Source: Octopus vulgaris (taxonomy: Eukaryota). From it: a stretch of 64,000 nucleotides of DNA. Each line of letters opens with the position of its first letter. The first letter of the stretch is position 1. The notes beneath the pieces were generated by a model. The model searched no databases. It had not been told where the DNA came from and worked only from the letters and a program-made list of their open reading frames with translations. Below are positions 21,858 through 36,449 of the stretch, piece by piece. A program made the translations under genes and the position numbers. The stretch covers positions 49,848,001 through 49,912,000 of the forward strand of contig OX597818.1 in assembly GCA_951406725.2 (NCBI GenBank), given 5' to 3'.

Positions 21858-24800
21858 ATTCTAACTAATAGTATTCTTTTAAATATGTTTACTGATAAAG
21901 CGCTCTGCAAATGAAGAATTTTACACACAGTAGATGGCTTTCAGGATTTTTAAATATATTTAAAACAAAAACCAAACGAAATAACGCTTTCAAAATTTAT
22001 TTGACTTGTGTCGCCTTTAAAAGCATCTTTTTTTTTTTTTTTTGAAAAAAAGCAAGCTAATTTTTGAGATTAAAGGTAGTCTATAATTAAAAGCGTTCCA
22101 TCTGTGACCATCTCGTTTATTTTATTATTTTTTTTGCATATCTCAGATTACATTGTCCGGTGATCCTTTGCATTTTGGCCAAAAGTAAATACCTACAAAC
22201 AAATCCAGGAATAATAGAGTAAAATACCAATATGAACGTCATTAAATTTTCTAAAGAAGCATATTTCAAATATGAAATTTTGGCATTCTTAGATCGCCGA
22301 AATTTCAATCTTGTTTTATTAAGATACGCTTAAGGATAGACTCCAGATAAACCTTGTATAGGTGACTAACAAAGATCTGCATTTAACTGTCATTGAATCA
22401 ATACCACCCTTGCTGAATACATTTACGTTTTATACTTAAAACATGATTAAATATCATTTGAAACAAGCTTTATTTATTCATTTAATTTTTAGAAAATGCA
22501 ATGATCGATATTAGTGTATGTTATTCTGGTGTCTGTTAGTATTTCCTTTTGGGTTCATAAAGTATCGCCCATTGTTCGATTTGTCCTTATGTATTTAAGG
22601 TGGTAAAATGTTATTTGTGAGAATTTGCTGTTATTTCTTGCATGTCTAGCGCTGGATCTCGCCGAGATCGACTTCGCGTTTCATCCTTCAGAAGGTTCTA
22701 AAGTTCTTCGGAGTTGAGTTGGTGTTTCTGTGAAGTTGTCAGTGAATGACGTTATTTACGTACTTGGAATTGTAGTAAAACGAAATATTAAACTCCAGGA
22801 TCGCCTAGAATCGGTGGCGATGTTTCGATATGACTCGCAGAAATGTAAACATCTGACGAGTCAAAACGAAAGATTGCCCTATGGTAAAAAACTAGGGATC
22901 AATCATAAAATACTTTCAAGTATTCTGCGAGTACAACTGCTAAATTGGTGTTATAATCTGCTTACTATGTTTTTCAAAATGGGAATTTAAAATGTGGATA
23001 TTTACTCGTATCATATAACTTTGGTAAAATTCATTTGGAGACTATGGATAAGGGTCACACAATAAAGGTTTTGAAGGCATTTGAATTATTTTTTCATTGA
23101 ATGCATTTGTAAGAATGATTAAATCAAAGCAAAATTGTGAAGATCGATCTTATTTATTTCGGACGTTTGATTGTGGCGATGCTGCGGCACCACTACGAAG
23201 GGTTTTGTTGGATAAATCAACACCAGTACATACTTTTAAAGTCTGGTATTTATTTAAATGGTCTTTTCTATCGAACCGAATAGTTACGGGGACGTAAACA
23301 AACCAACACTGTCAAAGTTTCTGCAGTTTCCATCTACCAAATTCACTCTCAAGGCATAGTTGGCACAGAACTACAGTAGAAGATACTTGACCAAAGTGCT
23401 GTGCAGTAGCACTGAATCTGAAACCATGTGGTTTCAAAGCAAGTTAGTTAACCACTCAGCTATGTTGGCAATTCCATTGAAATGCAGGTTAACAATGAAA
23501 TGCTACCATCGTTCGTTTAACGTCCGCTTTCCATGCTAGCATGGGTTGGGCGAACCAGATGGCTGCACCAAGCTCCAATCTGATCTGGCAAAATTTCTAC
23601 TGCTGGATGCCCTTCCTAACGCCAACCACACCGAGAGTGTAGTGGGTGCTTTTACGTGCCACCTGCACGAGGACCAGTCAGGCGGTACTGGCAACGACCA
23701 CGCTCAAATGGTGTTTTTTACATGCTACCTGCACAGGAGCCAGTCCAGCGGCACTAGCAACGACCTCGCTCGAATGTTTTTTCATGCGCCAGTAAGGCGA
23801 CGTTGATAACAATCATGCTCGAATGGTGCTTTTTACGTGCCACTGGCACGGAAGCCAGTTAGCCGCTCTGGCAACAATCACGCTTGGATGGTACTCTTAG
23901 TGCTCCACTAGCATGGATGCCAGTGCTACCAAAGAGTTGCAGTACTCTTTTAAAGGCTTGTTTCACCATCCATAAAAGTCACTTATTAGGAGGCCAATGT
24001 GATATGCTTACATGTATGTTGCTCCAACTACAGATAGAACAGGTAAGATTATCTCTGAACCCTCTACTATAAAGAAATTCCATAGAGTAACTTTCAGGCA
24101 TTACATTTCATTAGTTGGGGTATAATATGATTTTTCTTCAATTAATAGTAGTTCTTAATACAGACTGCCATTTGCTTCTGTTCAGTGCAAGAATTTCTCA
24201 TGTAATGAAGTTAATGTTCAAGGACTTAGGATAGTCTTTTGTGATATCATGAAATTTTTTCATGGTTTGTGTTGGAGACACCAAAAACTAATTCACCATA
24301 AGTTATTGCTTCAGAAGCTTGTAATCATGAAGATGGATTGTTTGACCAACACATAGCATGTAATACAATCAAATGTGGATTAATGTGTGGTATGTTACTG
24401 TTTGTTATGTCCAAAAGTGTTCTTATCTACTGCTGGGTTGAAAATTCCTTTTAGATTGCACAAGGGCAGAGCCACTGTTGTTGAGATTCATCATCATCAT
24501 CATCATCATCATCGTTTAACGTCCATATTCCATGTTGATCGATTTCGATTTTTATTTTTCTTGACAAAATTACGCCAAACTTAATTAGATGTGTCTGCAA
24601 TAAGAAAGTGTTCAAAATCAAAGTGTCAGCCACCCTGTGTGTGTGTGTGTGTTTCTTTTACTTGTTTCAGTCATTTGACTGTGGCCATGCTGGAGCAGCA
24701 CATTTAGTCGAACAAATCGACCCCAGGACTTACTCTTTGCAAGCCTAGTACTTATTCTATTGGTCTCTTTTTGTTGACCTGCTAAGTTATGGGAACGTAA

Positions 24801-26667
24801 GCACACCAGCATCAGTTGTCAAGCGATGTTGGGAGAAGTAGTTTCACAAACGTGGGAGTACTCAATATGTTGTTCAGAGGGAATATATTAATTACAGTAT
24901 AGTAGATAAAAATATTTTCCTTTTCCTTTTTTACATACTGAATAAAGCATTGTTCAGATAAATGTGATTTGAGTGAAGGTGATCTTTGAGAAAAATAAAT
25001 AAAACTTCTATTCAAATCACATCCATGACCTGAAGAATATAATAGTCAAATGTGGATTAATGTATTTTCTATGAATTAAAAATTACACTCTTACCAAACG
25101 GGGAAAAACGACATGGGCTTTTCTAATGAACTGAGATCAAGAAAAGCAAGGGAGGCAACTTCGAAATCCACATTTAGTTTGAATGGAACATTCAGTGGGG
25201 CCATGTGGTAATAACCTTAGTCCATATGGTAATACCTGAACCTGTTTTGATGTTATAAGATCTCAGAGAAGCAAAATTTTACCAGAAATACTAAGTCACT
25301 GAGATATAAAGATTTTGAGCAAACAATTATTGAATAAATGCAGTTATGTCTGTGAGTGTGGATTTTCCAAGGATGCCTTTTATATGAAGGTCATAATTAA
25401 GTGGAGGAACAACATATTTAATGTAATACAATCAATTAGATGGCAGAATTCATGATTTTTCAGTTATTTACCTAATCATTAAATTGTGTAAATTGTTTTG
25501 AGTGTTCTGCAGGCCCATGTACCCTTAATGAAAAGGGCAGTTTATGAGAAGGCTAGGGTTTTGAATGACAAATATAATCCATCTTATGGGCTTCCATACA
25601 GTTTCTGTCTAGCCAGTTTTACTCACAATGCTTTGATTGACCTGAAGCTATTATAAAAGACACTTGCCAATTGAATATCTTAATTTCAGTTTTATATCAG
25701 CAGAAATGAATTTTTTATTAAAATTCCCTTAACTCTTTAGCATTCAGATTACTCTGTCAAATGTAATGCTTATTTATTCACATTGTTAATATATTCATCA
25801 TCATCATCATCGTTGTTTAACGTCCGTTTTCCATGCTAGCATGGGTTGGACGGTTCGACTGGGGTCTGGGAAGCCAGAAAGCTGTACCAGGCTCCAGTCT
25901 GATCTGGCAGTGTTTCTACAGCTGGATGCCCTTCCTAACACCAAGCACTCCATTAGTGTGGTGGGTGCTTTTTACGTGCCACTGGCACAGGGGCCAGAGG
26001 AGGCTGGCAACGGCCACGATTGGTTGGTGCTTTTTACGTGCCATTGGCATGGAAGCCAGTCAAGGCGGCGCTGGCATTGGCCATGTCGGATGGTGCTTTT
26101 AAATGTGCCACCGACACGGGTATCACGACTACAATTTCCATTTGATTTTTTATTTTGATGTTGATGTACTTGACTCGATAGGTCTCCTCAAGCACAGCAG
26201 GTCACTCTATGATCCAAGGTAAGCACAGCAGGCCGTCCTGCGACCCTAAATACAATTAACTTATGTACCTTGTCATAATACATTACAATCATCACCATCA
26301 TTTGATGTCCATTTTCCATACTGAGATGGGTTGGATGGTTTGATAAGATCCAGCAAGCTGTAGAGCAGCGTCAAGCTCCAGTATCGGCTTTAGCATGGCT
26401 TCACCAGCTGGATGCCCTTCCTGATGCCAACCATATTTCTGCATGTACTGGGTGCTTTTTTGTGTCACCAGCAATAGTGAGGTTATCATGTAACTTACAA
26501 GACAGAAAAAGAACAGAGAAAAGGGAACATCTGATGAGCCAAGCACAGGTGTCTTGCTATAGAAGGAATAATTGGTTATCACACTTGTGGGAATACTTGG
26601 GAAAGTGATGAAGTGCTAATCTTTTATGTTCATTTCTTAAATTGGTATATTTTATTTATTCTCTCTT

Positions 26668-27049
26668 AGCACTCCGTCGGTTACGACGATGAGGGTTCCA
26701 GTTGATCCCAATCAACGGAACAGCCTGCTCGTGAAATTAACGTGTAAGTGGCTGAGCACTCCACAGACACGTGCACCCTTAACATAGTTCTCGGGAATAT
26801 TCAGCATGACACAGAGAGTGACAAGGCCGGTCCCTTGAAATGCAGGTACAACAGAAACAGGAAGTAAGAGTGAGAGAAAGTTGTGGTGAAAGAGTACAGC
26901 AGGGATCACCACCATCCCCTGCCAGAGCCTCATGGAGCTTTTAGGTGTTTTCGCTCAATAAACACTCACAACGCCCGGTCTGGGAATCGAAACCGCGATC
27001 CTATGACCGTGAGTCCGCTGCCCTAACCACTGGGCCATTGTGCCTCCAC
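26668..27049 (-). mobile_element. SINE family B, full length
   Basis: Reverse complement of the family B head and body, near-identical to 34907-35270. Confidence 0.85.
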
Positions 27050-27749
27050 TATTTTATTTATATACATATATGGTGTTAGGAAGGGCATCCAGCCATAGAA
27101 ACCATGCCAAATCAGATTGGAACCTGGTGTAGCCCTTCAGCTTACCAGTTTCAGTCAAACCATTCAACCCATGCCAGCATGGAAAGCAGACACCAAACGA
27201 TGATGATGATGATATTTATTTTTTGATATAGGATTGGTTTGGAGGAAGAGATGGTGTTCATAGCTTTTTGCAGGACAGTTGAAATGAATGTGGTTCACCT
27301 TCCTTCTCAACAGTTACAAGGAGAGAATTTCAGGAGTCCAACATTTTGTGAAGGGAAAACTAGCTGTATTGGTTTGTGTGTGGCTTGAGGTCAGGTGTGA
27401 ACACTATATGAATAGCAAGAAGAGGAGTATCTGACTAGATGTGGTACATGGTCAGCCAGTTGCAAAAAATGAAGTGTTGTAGTAGATAAAAAAAAAAAAC
27501 AGAGAAAGGAGATAAGACACCTGTCGGTTAAAGTTTGGAGTGTGTTTGTAAGGAAGGATAGCAAGAACTTTTTAGTCCAGCTACAGACAACCCCTACTGC
27601 TAATGACATAATAAAATGCAGCCAGGCCCAATGTAAAGTGGTTGGGGATGAAATAGGCATCCAGCTGTAAGAATTAAAATGAAAAGAAATTACCAGTATA
27701 CTATAATATATGAAGCAAAGTTGGCTGATTTTTGTCTGTTGCTCCTGTG

Positions 27750-28126
27750 CCAAGTCATACCACCAGAAAGACCAACAACAAGATTGAAGAATTGATCAGT
27801 GTGGAAGTTCTGCTGCATCCAACCATATAGTCCAGATGATGCTCCTCCATCTGACTATGGTCTCTTCCAATCAATGCAGCACTTTGTGAAAGGTCGCTGA
27901 TTTGGGTTTATTCGATGGAGGTGAAGAAGCCTGTCAAGAATGTTTTGCTTCAAAGTCAAAGGATTGGTACTTCAACCAAATCCGAAAGCTTGCAGATCGT
28001 TGGCAGAAGGTCGTGGAAAATGATGGTCGTTATTTTGAAGAATAGTTGTTGTTGATTTTGAATAAATTCTTGCATAAAAAAATCATTATTTTAATATGGT
28101 GCACAAACTTTTTCCTCTACCTAGTA
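27750..28126 (+). mobile_element. Mariner transposase C-terminal remnant and right end
   Basis: Decayed HP.YSPD.APSDY motif, then LFQSMQHF..FASKSKDWYFNQIRKLADRWQKVVENDGRYFEE*, then a TIR-like end at TA. Confidence 0.85.
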
Positions 28127-28324
28127 ATTTTTATTAAATTATTTTATATATTATCATTTTCAGAAATATGTATATGTGGAAAAGAGAATTGTATTTATAT
28201 CCCACCCTGCTCTGTTTTTGAAATTATTGTATAATTAATAAACATATCTTTTTTATCCTTCTTGTTCATCTAGATGCAACATTGAACTTAGCTTTCCTGA
28301 AAAACAAACTCCAAAAGACTGAAA

Positions 28325-29880
28325 ATGGCTTCAACAGTCGACAGATTTACTGATGTTAATCTTACTGATTACATGGATGTTGTTACTACATACAAATGCC
28401 GATTCTGTAATTTCTCCTGCAACCAGCCTCAAGAGATTGGTATACACGTTCGTAATGTGCACATCAAGACAACTCCTTCCAAATTGAGTACGATTTCAAA
28501 TATGCCTGATATTGAACAAGCAGAAAGTTCTTCAGGGGATGTCACTGTTGAGGAAGAGACAATACCTGATCTGTCTAAGACCCAGTCTGTAGCTGTTTCT
28601 CAAGAAGCGTCTTCATTGTCAGATGTAGACTCTGTTTCTTTGATTGAAAAATCTGATGCAGGGTCATTGATAGAGTTAGCTTCAAATCATCAACAAGTTA
28701 TTTTCACTCAAGGTTCTTTAAACGAGCCCCAAATGATTCCAACTCACAACGATATCTTATCAACTGGAAATATCGTACCATCTTACATTCCTCTGGAAGC
28801 TACTACAACTGTTGAAGACTCGTTGACTTTTGTTAATGAATCTGAAATTAATTCACAAGCAATTAGTCAGTTTTCTGTTGCTGCTTCTGACGACTTTTCC
28901 GAACCTAATATTGAAGGGGATGATGTTCTTACGAAAGAATTGTTTCTGTGTGGCCAATGTAGAATTGGGTTTAACAGTATTGAAGAATGTAAATCTCATA
29001 TCGTGCAAGTCCACAATATTTTGCCCCACAATGAAGACAATCAGTTACCTGGAGAACCTGTTAATAGAGTCAGTGTTGGAACACAAGTTGTGTCTACCAA
29101 AAAAAAGCCAGGTAGAAAACGGAAAAACCCATTACCTCAGAGATCCTCGTCACCTGTTTCAGACAAGGACTGGGAGGAAGATGAAAATAGCGAATGGTAT
29201 TCACGCAAAGGACGGAGTCGTAGAAAAATTCGCCCACCAAAAGCTCTGAAAGATGATTATTATTTAGGTAAAAAGAAAAGAAAGAACAAAGATACTAATG
29301 TTCTTACAGAAGGCTACAGTCTTAAGTGTAATCTGCAAGGATGTTTTGCCAAGTTTAAGAAGGACCAAAGTTTAAAGATTCACATTGCTTGCCACAAAAA
29401 GGATGCAAATAGGTCTTTCTTTGAGTGTAACATGTGTGCAGTTGAATTTCTTCTTTGGAAACATCTTAGGATGCATCTTTGGCGTTGCCACTCTATTGAT
29501 ACAGATCTTTTTGCATGTGAGAACTGTGAGTTCAAAACAGACACTACCCACAAATTACTGATTCATAAAGAAATTCATAGTGACCAGAGGCCGTATACAT
29601 GTGATATATGCTGGAAAGGCTTTAAGCAGTTCAGTCAGATGAGGAACCACCAAATGATCCATGCAGAACACCAGTCAAATGATGCTGATCGTTGGTATAC
29701 CACCAAACAGTGTGACATTTGTAAACGAACTTTTGCTAATCAGAAGTGTTTAAGTAAACATGTACAAGCTGTCCACAGTAAGATCAAACCATATGTGTGT
29801 TCATACTGTGGTCATTCAACAGCACGTAAAGCTATGCTACAGTTACATCTACGTATCCACACTGGGGAAAAACCATTCAA
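28325..29880 (+). CDS. C2H2 zinc-finger protein, coding exon 1 (817 aa in total, 11 fingers)
   Basis: AAAATGG start after an acceptor ending at 28273. Eight C2H2 fingers, with HSDQRPY and HTGEKPF linkers. Donor AA|GTAAGT at 29881 (phase 2). Confidence 0.92.
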
Positions 29881-30615
29881 GTAAGTAATCTTATAAATCT
29901 CAAAAAGCTTTCAGGCCATTTATAGTTATTCATTTGTATTGCTCTACCTGTTATAAGCATCTGCCTGTGTTCAGTGGAGACTGGTTCTTACAGAAATCTC
30001 ATATTGTTTCCAAACCCTCTTATATCTAGGAGCACTCTGTCGGTTGCAACGACGAGGGTCCCAGGTGATACGATCAACGTAACAGCTTGCTCGTGAAATT
30101 AAATGTGCAAGTGGCTGAGCGCTCCACAAACACGTGTACCCTTAATGTAGTTCTCAGGGAGATTCAGCGTGCCACAGAGTGTGACAAGGCTGGCCCTTTG
30201 AAACACAGGTACAACTCATTTTTGCCAGCTGAGTGGACTGGAGCAACATGAAATAAAGTGTCTTGCTCAAGGACATAATGCGCCGCTGAGAATTGAACTC
30301 ACGACCTTACAATCGTGAGCCGAATGCTCCTAACCACTAAGCCACGCGCCTTCTAGTTAACAGATTAATATATTTTTTATTAGCAAAAAAAATTAAAATC
30401 ATTAAAATGAACATAGTTACACCTGTATCATATTTTTAAGAGAGGAAGTCAGTCTGAGTTCAAATCTCAAATGTTAGAAAGAACCGAAAATGTAAATTTA
30501 AGCAGATATTGACATTGGTAGTTTTTATAATTTCAAAGTTATGTGAGCTTTAATGATTTATTTTCCTTTATATTTAATGTAAAACAATGATGCTCAATAT
30601 TTTATTTTTATTTAG

Positions 30616-31513
30616 GTGTGATGTTTGTCAGTATGCTACTGGAGATCACAACTCACTTCGCCGTCACAAAATGCGCCACTCTGGATTGAGACCATACAAA
30701 TGCCAATATTGCTCTTACTCGTGCATCCAAGCTATTTCTTTAAAAACTCACATGAAAAATAAACATCCTGATTCATCTGGAATTTATCACTGTGATATTT
30801 GTAACTACCGAACGGTAAATGCTACCAGTTTTACTAACCATGTCAGTGATCACAAGTACGGGTTGATTGATGTCCAAGAAGGCACCAACACTACCACCAA
30901 CACCGCCACCACCACCACAACTACCGCCACATTATCAACAACAACATCTACCACCACCACTGAAACAACTACTAATTCAACAGTTCTTTCTTCCAGTAAT
31001 AATAAAAGTATATTACAAAAAGTCAACGACCCTAGTAATGGTGAAATACAAACTCAGTTAGCACCTGTAGAGAACAGTGTTTCAAATCTAAGTGCAGATG
31101 ACATTATTAAAATGGCCCAAACAGGGAATAATCTGGTATCGACGGATCTCACTGCTGCAGAATTAATTTATGCTATTGCAACCAATTCTCTTCCGCAAGA
31201 CTCTCAGATGCTTACTGGGATGCAAGCAACCATAAATACATCTTCTAAACAAGGAATATCAACACACACAATTACTTTGCATTTACCACCATCTCAATCA
31301 CAGATTGCCTCAGATGAAAGTTCTGATCAAAGAAATGCTGGACATACTTTGTTGATGGTGCAACCGTTGGAACTGTGTTCTGTAAATGGTGATGGTAATT
31401 CACAGACTCTGCCTGCTGAAGATATAAGAGTGAATTTTCAACCAGCTGAAAGTTCAGTAACTGCCACAGAAGTAGTTTTGGCCTCAGATGATAAAATTAT
31501 TACTGCTGAGTAA
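30616..31513 (+). CDS. C2H2 zinc-finger protein, coding exon 2
   Basis: Acceptor TTTATTTAG|G restores KPFK-CDVC in frame. Three more fingers, a poly-Thr stretch and a Ser/Gln/acidic tail. Stop at 31513, AATAAA near 31776 and 32043. Confidence 0.92.
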
Positions 31514-32844
31514 ATTCGGTAGTTGAAATAAGCATCTATTCTTCAATATTTGTAACATTTTCAAATTCCTCCGAGGCCTACTTTACTTTTCATCTTTTTG
31601 TGGTTGATAAAAGAAGTACCAGTTGAGCATTGGGATTGATGTAAACATCTCCCCCTGAAATTACTGGCCTTGTGCCAAAATTTGAAATCAGTATTTGTAA
31701 CATTTAGATTTGTTTTGTTTTTAGACTGAATTATAATGATTTTCAGGAAAACCTGATGCCTCATTTGATCTTGAGAATAAATGGAATTGTATTCTTTCTT
31801 TTAGACTGTTATTTGGAATATGAGATATATTCCATGTTTTGTTTTTGTATTATGCATATTTGTGAAATTACTAGAGTTCAAACTCAGATAGAAATATTTT
31901 TAATATTCTCAGGTAGAAATATTTTTCAATATTTTCAGCAGAAATTTTTCTCAGTATTACTAATGTATCTTTCTGAAAAGATAGTGGAATATTTGCTATT
32001 AAAATGATGAAGATAGCTAAAATTTATGAATATATGGCTTATAATAAACATTTCTGTTAGTGTTAATATTCAAAGCTTGGAGTAGTAGAAAGCTAACCAG
32101 AAATAATTAGGCAGTAAATGGAAAAAAAAAACAATTAAAGATATAATCTTATACTTTAAAACTATATAGCTAATTGTTATTTATTCATTAGACACTTGGT
32201 AAACAAAACAAATGCTAACTTAATAATTAGGGCTGCAAGATCACAGAGACAATAATATATATATACACTATATTAAAAGGATTGTGGAGGCACATAACCT
32301 AGTGGTTAGAGCAGTAGACTCGCAGTTGAGGGATCGTGGGTTCAAATCTCAGACTGGGTGATGTAAGTGTTTATGAGCGAAATACCTAAGCTCCACGTAG
32401 CTCTGACAGAAGGTAATGGTGAACTTCTGCTGACTCTTTCGCCACAACTTGCTCTCACTCTTTCCTCCTGCATCTGGCAGCTCACCTGTGACGGACAGGC
32501 ATCCCATCCAGGTGGGGAACCTCTATGCCAAGGAAACCGGGAATCTGGCCCTATGAGCCAGGCATGGCTCGAGAAGGAACAAACAATATTAAAGGGATTA
32601 CATATAAAGTTTCTCTATCTTGTTTTCTGAGCTGAAATTTTGCCAGTTCTATTTTGTCTCTGGACAAATTATAATTACCAGTAATAGACTGGAATCAATA
32701 TAAGTGTTCTCTTATTTGAATTAATCATGCATTATATTGTAGCTTCAAGATCTCATAAGGATTTTTTTTTTTAGATTATAGGATAGGTGCGAGAGGCCAG
32801 ATCTGGCTATTTGAACATAAAACGAGTAGAATATTTTGGCCTGA

Positions 32845-33076
32845 GGGTGGTGAGCTGGCAGAAACGTTAGCACGCCAGGCAAAATGCTTAGTGGTATTTC
32901 ATCTGCCGCTACGTTCTGAGTTCAAATTCTGCCGAAGTCGACTTTGCCTTTCATCCTTTCGGGGTCGATAAATTAAGTACCAGTTATGCACTGGGGTCGA
33001 TGTAATCGACTTAATCCCTTTGTCTGTCCTTGTTTGTCCCCTCTATGTTTAGCCCCTTGTGGGCAATAAAGAAATA
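32845..33076 (+). mobile_element. SINE family A monomer inserted into a piggyBac-like MITE
   Basis: Full family A unit. The flanks 32710-32844 and 33077-33118 match the TTAA MITE at 44700, and GAATATTTTGGCCTGA/GAATATTTAGGCCTGA look like target duplications. Confidence 0.75.
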
Positions 33077-33281
33077 AGAATATTTAGGCCTGATATAGTT
33101 TAAACATTAAAGGGTTAAATTATATTGATATACAGTATATTTACTGATATATACATGATATATTTTCTTAATACACTTTAAAGTTGCTTTATTTTGTTAA
33201 TAGAAGTACAAGCAAGTTGACTATCATGATTGCTACCTGACTCTTTGAACAGAAAGCAATTTATAGTTCTTTGTGAATTTC

Positions 33282-34054
33282 AGATCTTTTTCAGTTTGGC
33301 TGTCAGCTTACGAAAATTCAAAGGTTATTAAAAATTTTTTAATTTGGTGCATTAATGTAGTTTTCCAAGCTGAATCTCAAGAGATGTTTCACTTTTACCA
33401 GAAAAAATTAAAAAAAAAAGTTATAGAGGTTTAAATTTTGATAATTTTCACCCAGTCAGAAAACAGGATTTGGAAGCTGTCATTTCGTGTTTGACATGTT
33501 TTAAAAGGAAACTAAATAAATCAACTTCTGCTTTATGCATGGCATATAACCCCCCCATAGCTTTTTTATTCTTTAGAATTTTCAGAAAATTTTTGTGAAT
33601 CTGTATTCTACACTTGGGAATTCATACAATTATGCAAAAACCATGCCAAAAAAAAAAAAAAAGTGGGGGTGCTTGATTTAAGGCTTATTTGGTTGTTATT
33701 TTTAGCACATCTCTTTACCAGCAGATGGGCACAAGCAGCAGCATACAGTGTCAATGCACTTGTTTTCATGTAGAATATATTTGTCAACATGTGCTATCTC
33801 ACAGACAAAAGAGTTCTTATGTTTAGCATGTTACTATGGAAACAGGCATGAATGTGCCTGTGGCTTATGATTGGCTAAAATTACCCAAAATTTTCAAACT
33901 TTAAAAGCTAATAACTTTTTATTGATTGATTTATTGCGAAAATGAATTTCAAAGCAGTGATTAGCATACAAAACCTTGTCATTATACTGAATATGAAATC
34001 AATTTGAGCAGGAATTGAAGAGATTGAAAATTGGCAGCCAAACAGAAAAGATCC
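33282..34054. mobile_element. Longer Merlin-like non-autonomous element
   Basis: TIRs AGATCTTTTTCAGTTTGGCTGTCA / TGGCAGCCAAACAGAAAAGATCC, related to the MITE TIRs. The 8-bp flanks TGAATTTC/TGAATTTT match at 7/8. Confidence 0.7.
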
Positions 34055-36449
34055 TGAATTTTCAGTGTAAACAGCTCAGGATTATTTCATATTTTTCTAG
34101 CTTTACTAATAAGATGTCATTAGCGAATGATTTCATTTTGAAATTAAGACAGAAATTTCATGATTAGATCTGCTTCTTCACTCTATAATATCATTTATTA
34201 TTGGTATAGATAGTGAATGTTATCAGAACTAAAACTTGTATTTATTACAGTCAAGGCAATAGGTTCATCATCATTGTTTAACGTCCGCTTTCCATGCTAG
34301 CATGAGTTGGACGGTTTGACTGAGGTCTGGCGAACCAGATGGCTCCACCAGACTTCAATCTGATCTGGCAGAGTTTTTACAGCTGGATGCCCTTCCTAAC
34401 GCCAACCACTCCGAGAGTGTAGTCGGGTGCTTTTACGTGCCACCAGCACAGGGGCCAGTCAGGCGGTACTGGCAACGGCCACGCTCAAATGGTGTTTGAA
34501 AAAAAGGAAAAATAAACTTCAGTTTGATAAAGTTTAAAAGTCAATTTATAAAAATGATTGATTCCTGATTTTGAAAAATGCCATATTTTTATAAAGTTTC
34601 TTCTTTTTCTATTTAATAAAATTTATTTATTTTATACTTTATTATCAGTTATAAATCCTAGTGTGTAATTGAGTTTTATCATTGTATTAACATCCACTTT
34701 ACTATGCTTGCATAGAATTTGTTAAGGCAGATTTTTCTGACTGGATGCCCTTCCTGTCACAAACCCTCACCTGTTTCCTGAAAGTAATATTTTCCTATAG
34801 TTAGATATGTTTTTCACTGAAGACTGGACACAAAGAACTTTGCTTGTATGGCATTGATACTTATTTTCAACAGTCACATGCTGTCTAGACAAGGGTACAC
34901 ACTGGAAGCACTCCGTCGGTTACAACGATGAGGGTTCCGGTTGATCCGAATCAACGGAACAGCCTGCTCGTGAAATTAACGTGTAAGTGGCTGAGCACTC
35001 CACAGACACGTGTACCCTTAACGTAGTTCTCGGGGATATTCAGCGTGACACAGAGTGACAAGGCCAGCCCTTTGAAATACAGGTACAACAGAAACAGGAA
35101 GTAAGAGTGAGAGAAAGTTGTGGTGAAAGAGTACAGCAGGGATCACCACCATCCCCTGCCAGAGCCTCGTGGAGCTTTAGGTGTTTTCGCTCAATAAACA
35201 CTCACAACGCCCAGTCTGGGAATTGAAACCGCGAGTCCGCTGCCCTAACCACTGGGCAATTGCGCCTCCACACAAGGGTACATACAAACACATGTACATA
35301 TGTATGTATCTGTACACACACATATATATGTGTGACAATGTTTAACATTAATATTTATTTATAAGACACTAGCAAGCATTATTCTAGGACAGGAAAAAAA
35401 GCAGGTATTCCTATATGATACAAAACTTATCTCTATTATATTTTGGCAACTGCATTACTGGTTACACCATAGAGACCCTGTCGTCAAAATGTATAAACGT
35501 TTTATTGATATAAACTAAAAATATTACCGCCTTATATTACATGTGAATTGTAGATAGTTTTGTAATCATTTCAGTATCAGTAGAAAGCATTTTTTATCAT
35601 TGTTTAACATAGTCTTATATCCTACTTCAGTGATTATAATAAGAACTAGCTCCAAGATAATGACTAAATACAAGATATACATTAACAATTGAGATTTTAA
35701 ATCATCATCATCATCATCATTTAACGTCCGCTTTCCATGCCAGTCAGGCAGTACTGGTAATGGTCACGCTCAAATGGTGTTTTTTTATGTGCCACCTGCA
35801 CAGGAGCCAGTCTAGCAGCACTGGCAACGACCTCGCTTGAATGTTTTTTCACATGACACCAGCACAAGTGCCAGTAAGGCGACGCTGGTAACGATTACAC
35901 TCGAATGGTGCTTTTTACGTGCCACCGGCACAAAAGCCAGTTAGCTGCTTTAAATATAATTATAAATTTATAAGCTTTAATCTTGGGAAGATAAAATAGG
36001 TTCTCCTATGAAAGAATAATTCTTATCTGCTGCATAACAATATTCTAACCTCATTAAACTATAACTACTAAGCAGTGTATTGCTATAATAAAGATTATAT
36101 CTAACCCACTAACTTATTTTGTCAAGGAATGAAATAACATAAAACCTGTACTAGCCTAGGTAAGTAAAACAGATCCAACAGTTAAGTATCAATGAGTAAA
36201 GACAAAGGAGGAATGAAAACACAACTAAAGAACTTCCTTCATCAGTTGCTTATCAGATATCATTGGGACTTCAACACCTTAAGGCAAACTCATTACTTTT
36301 GAATGTGTTAAAGAACCTCAGAAAATATAGTCTAATGCTGGTTTGGAATAGACAAGTAAAATACTTGTGTCCAAATCACAAATATATATATATATATGTA
36401 ATCATAAATAATAATTACTAACTAATCAGCATCATCTGATGTCCATGTT

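Noticed and set aside
28830-29249. Alternative-frame and antisense ORFs inside real CDSs (also 20431-20785 and 46920-47246)
   Set aside because: They are shadows of coding sequence with no recognisable motifs.
30587-30615. Separate 308-aa gene starting at 30587
   Set aside because: The start lies in the intron. Splicing 29880 to 30616 joins it in frame to the upstream zinc-finger exon.
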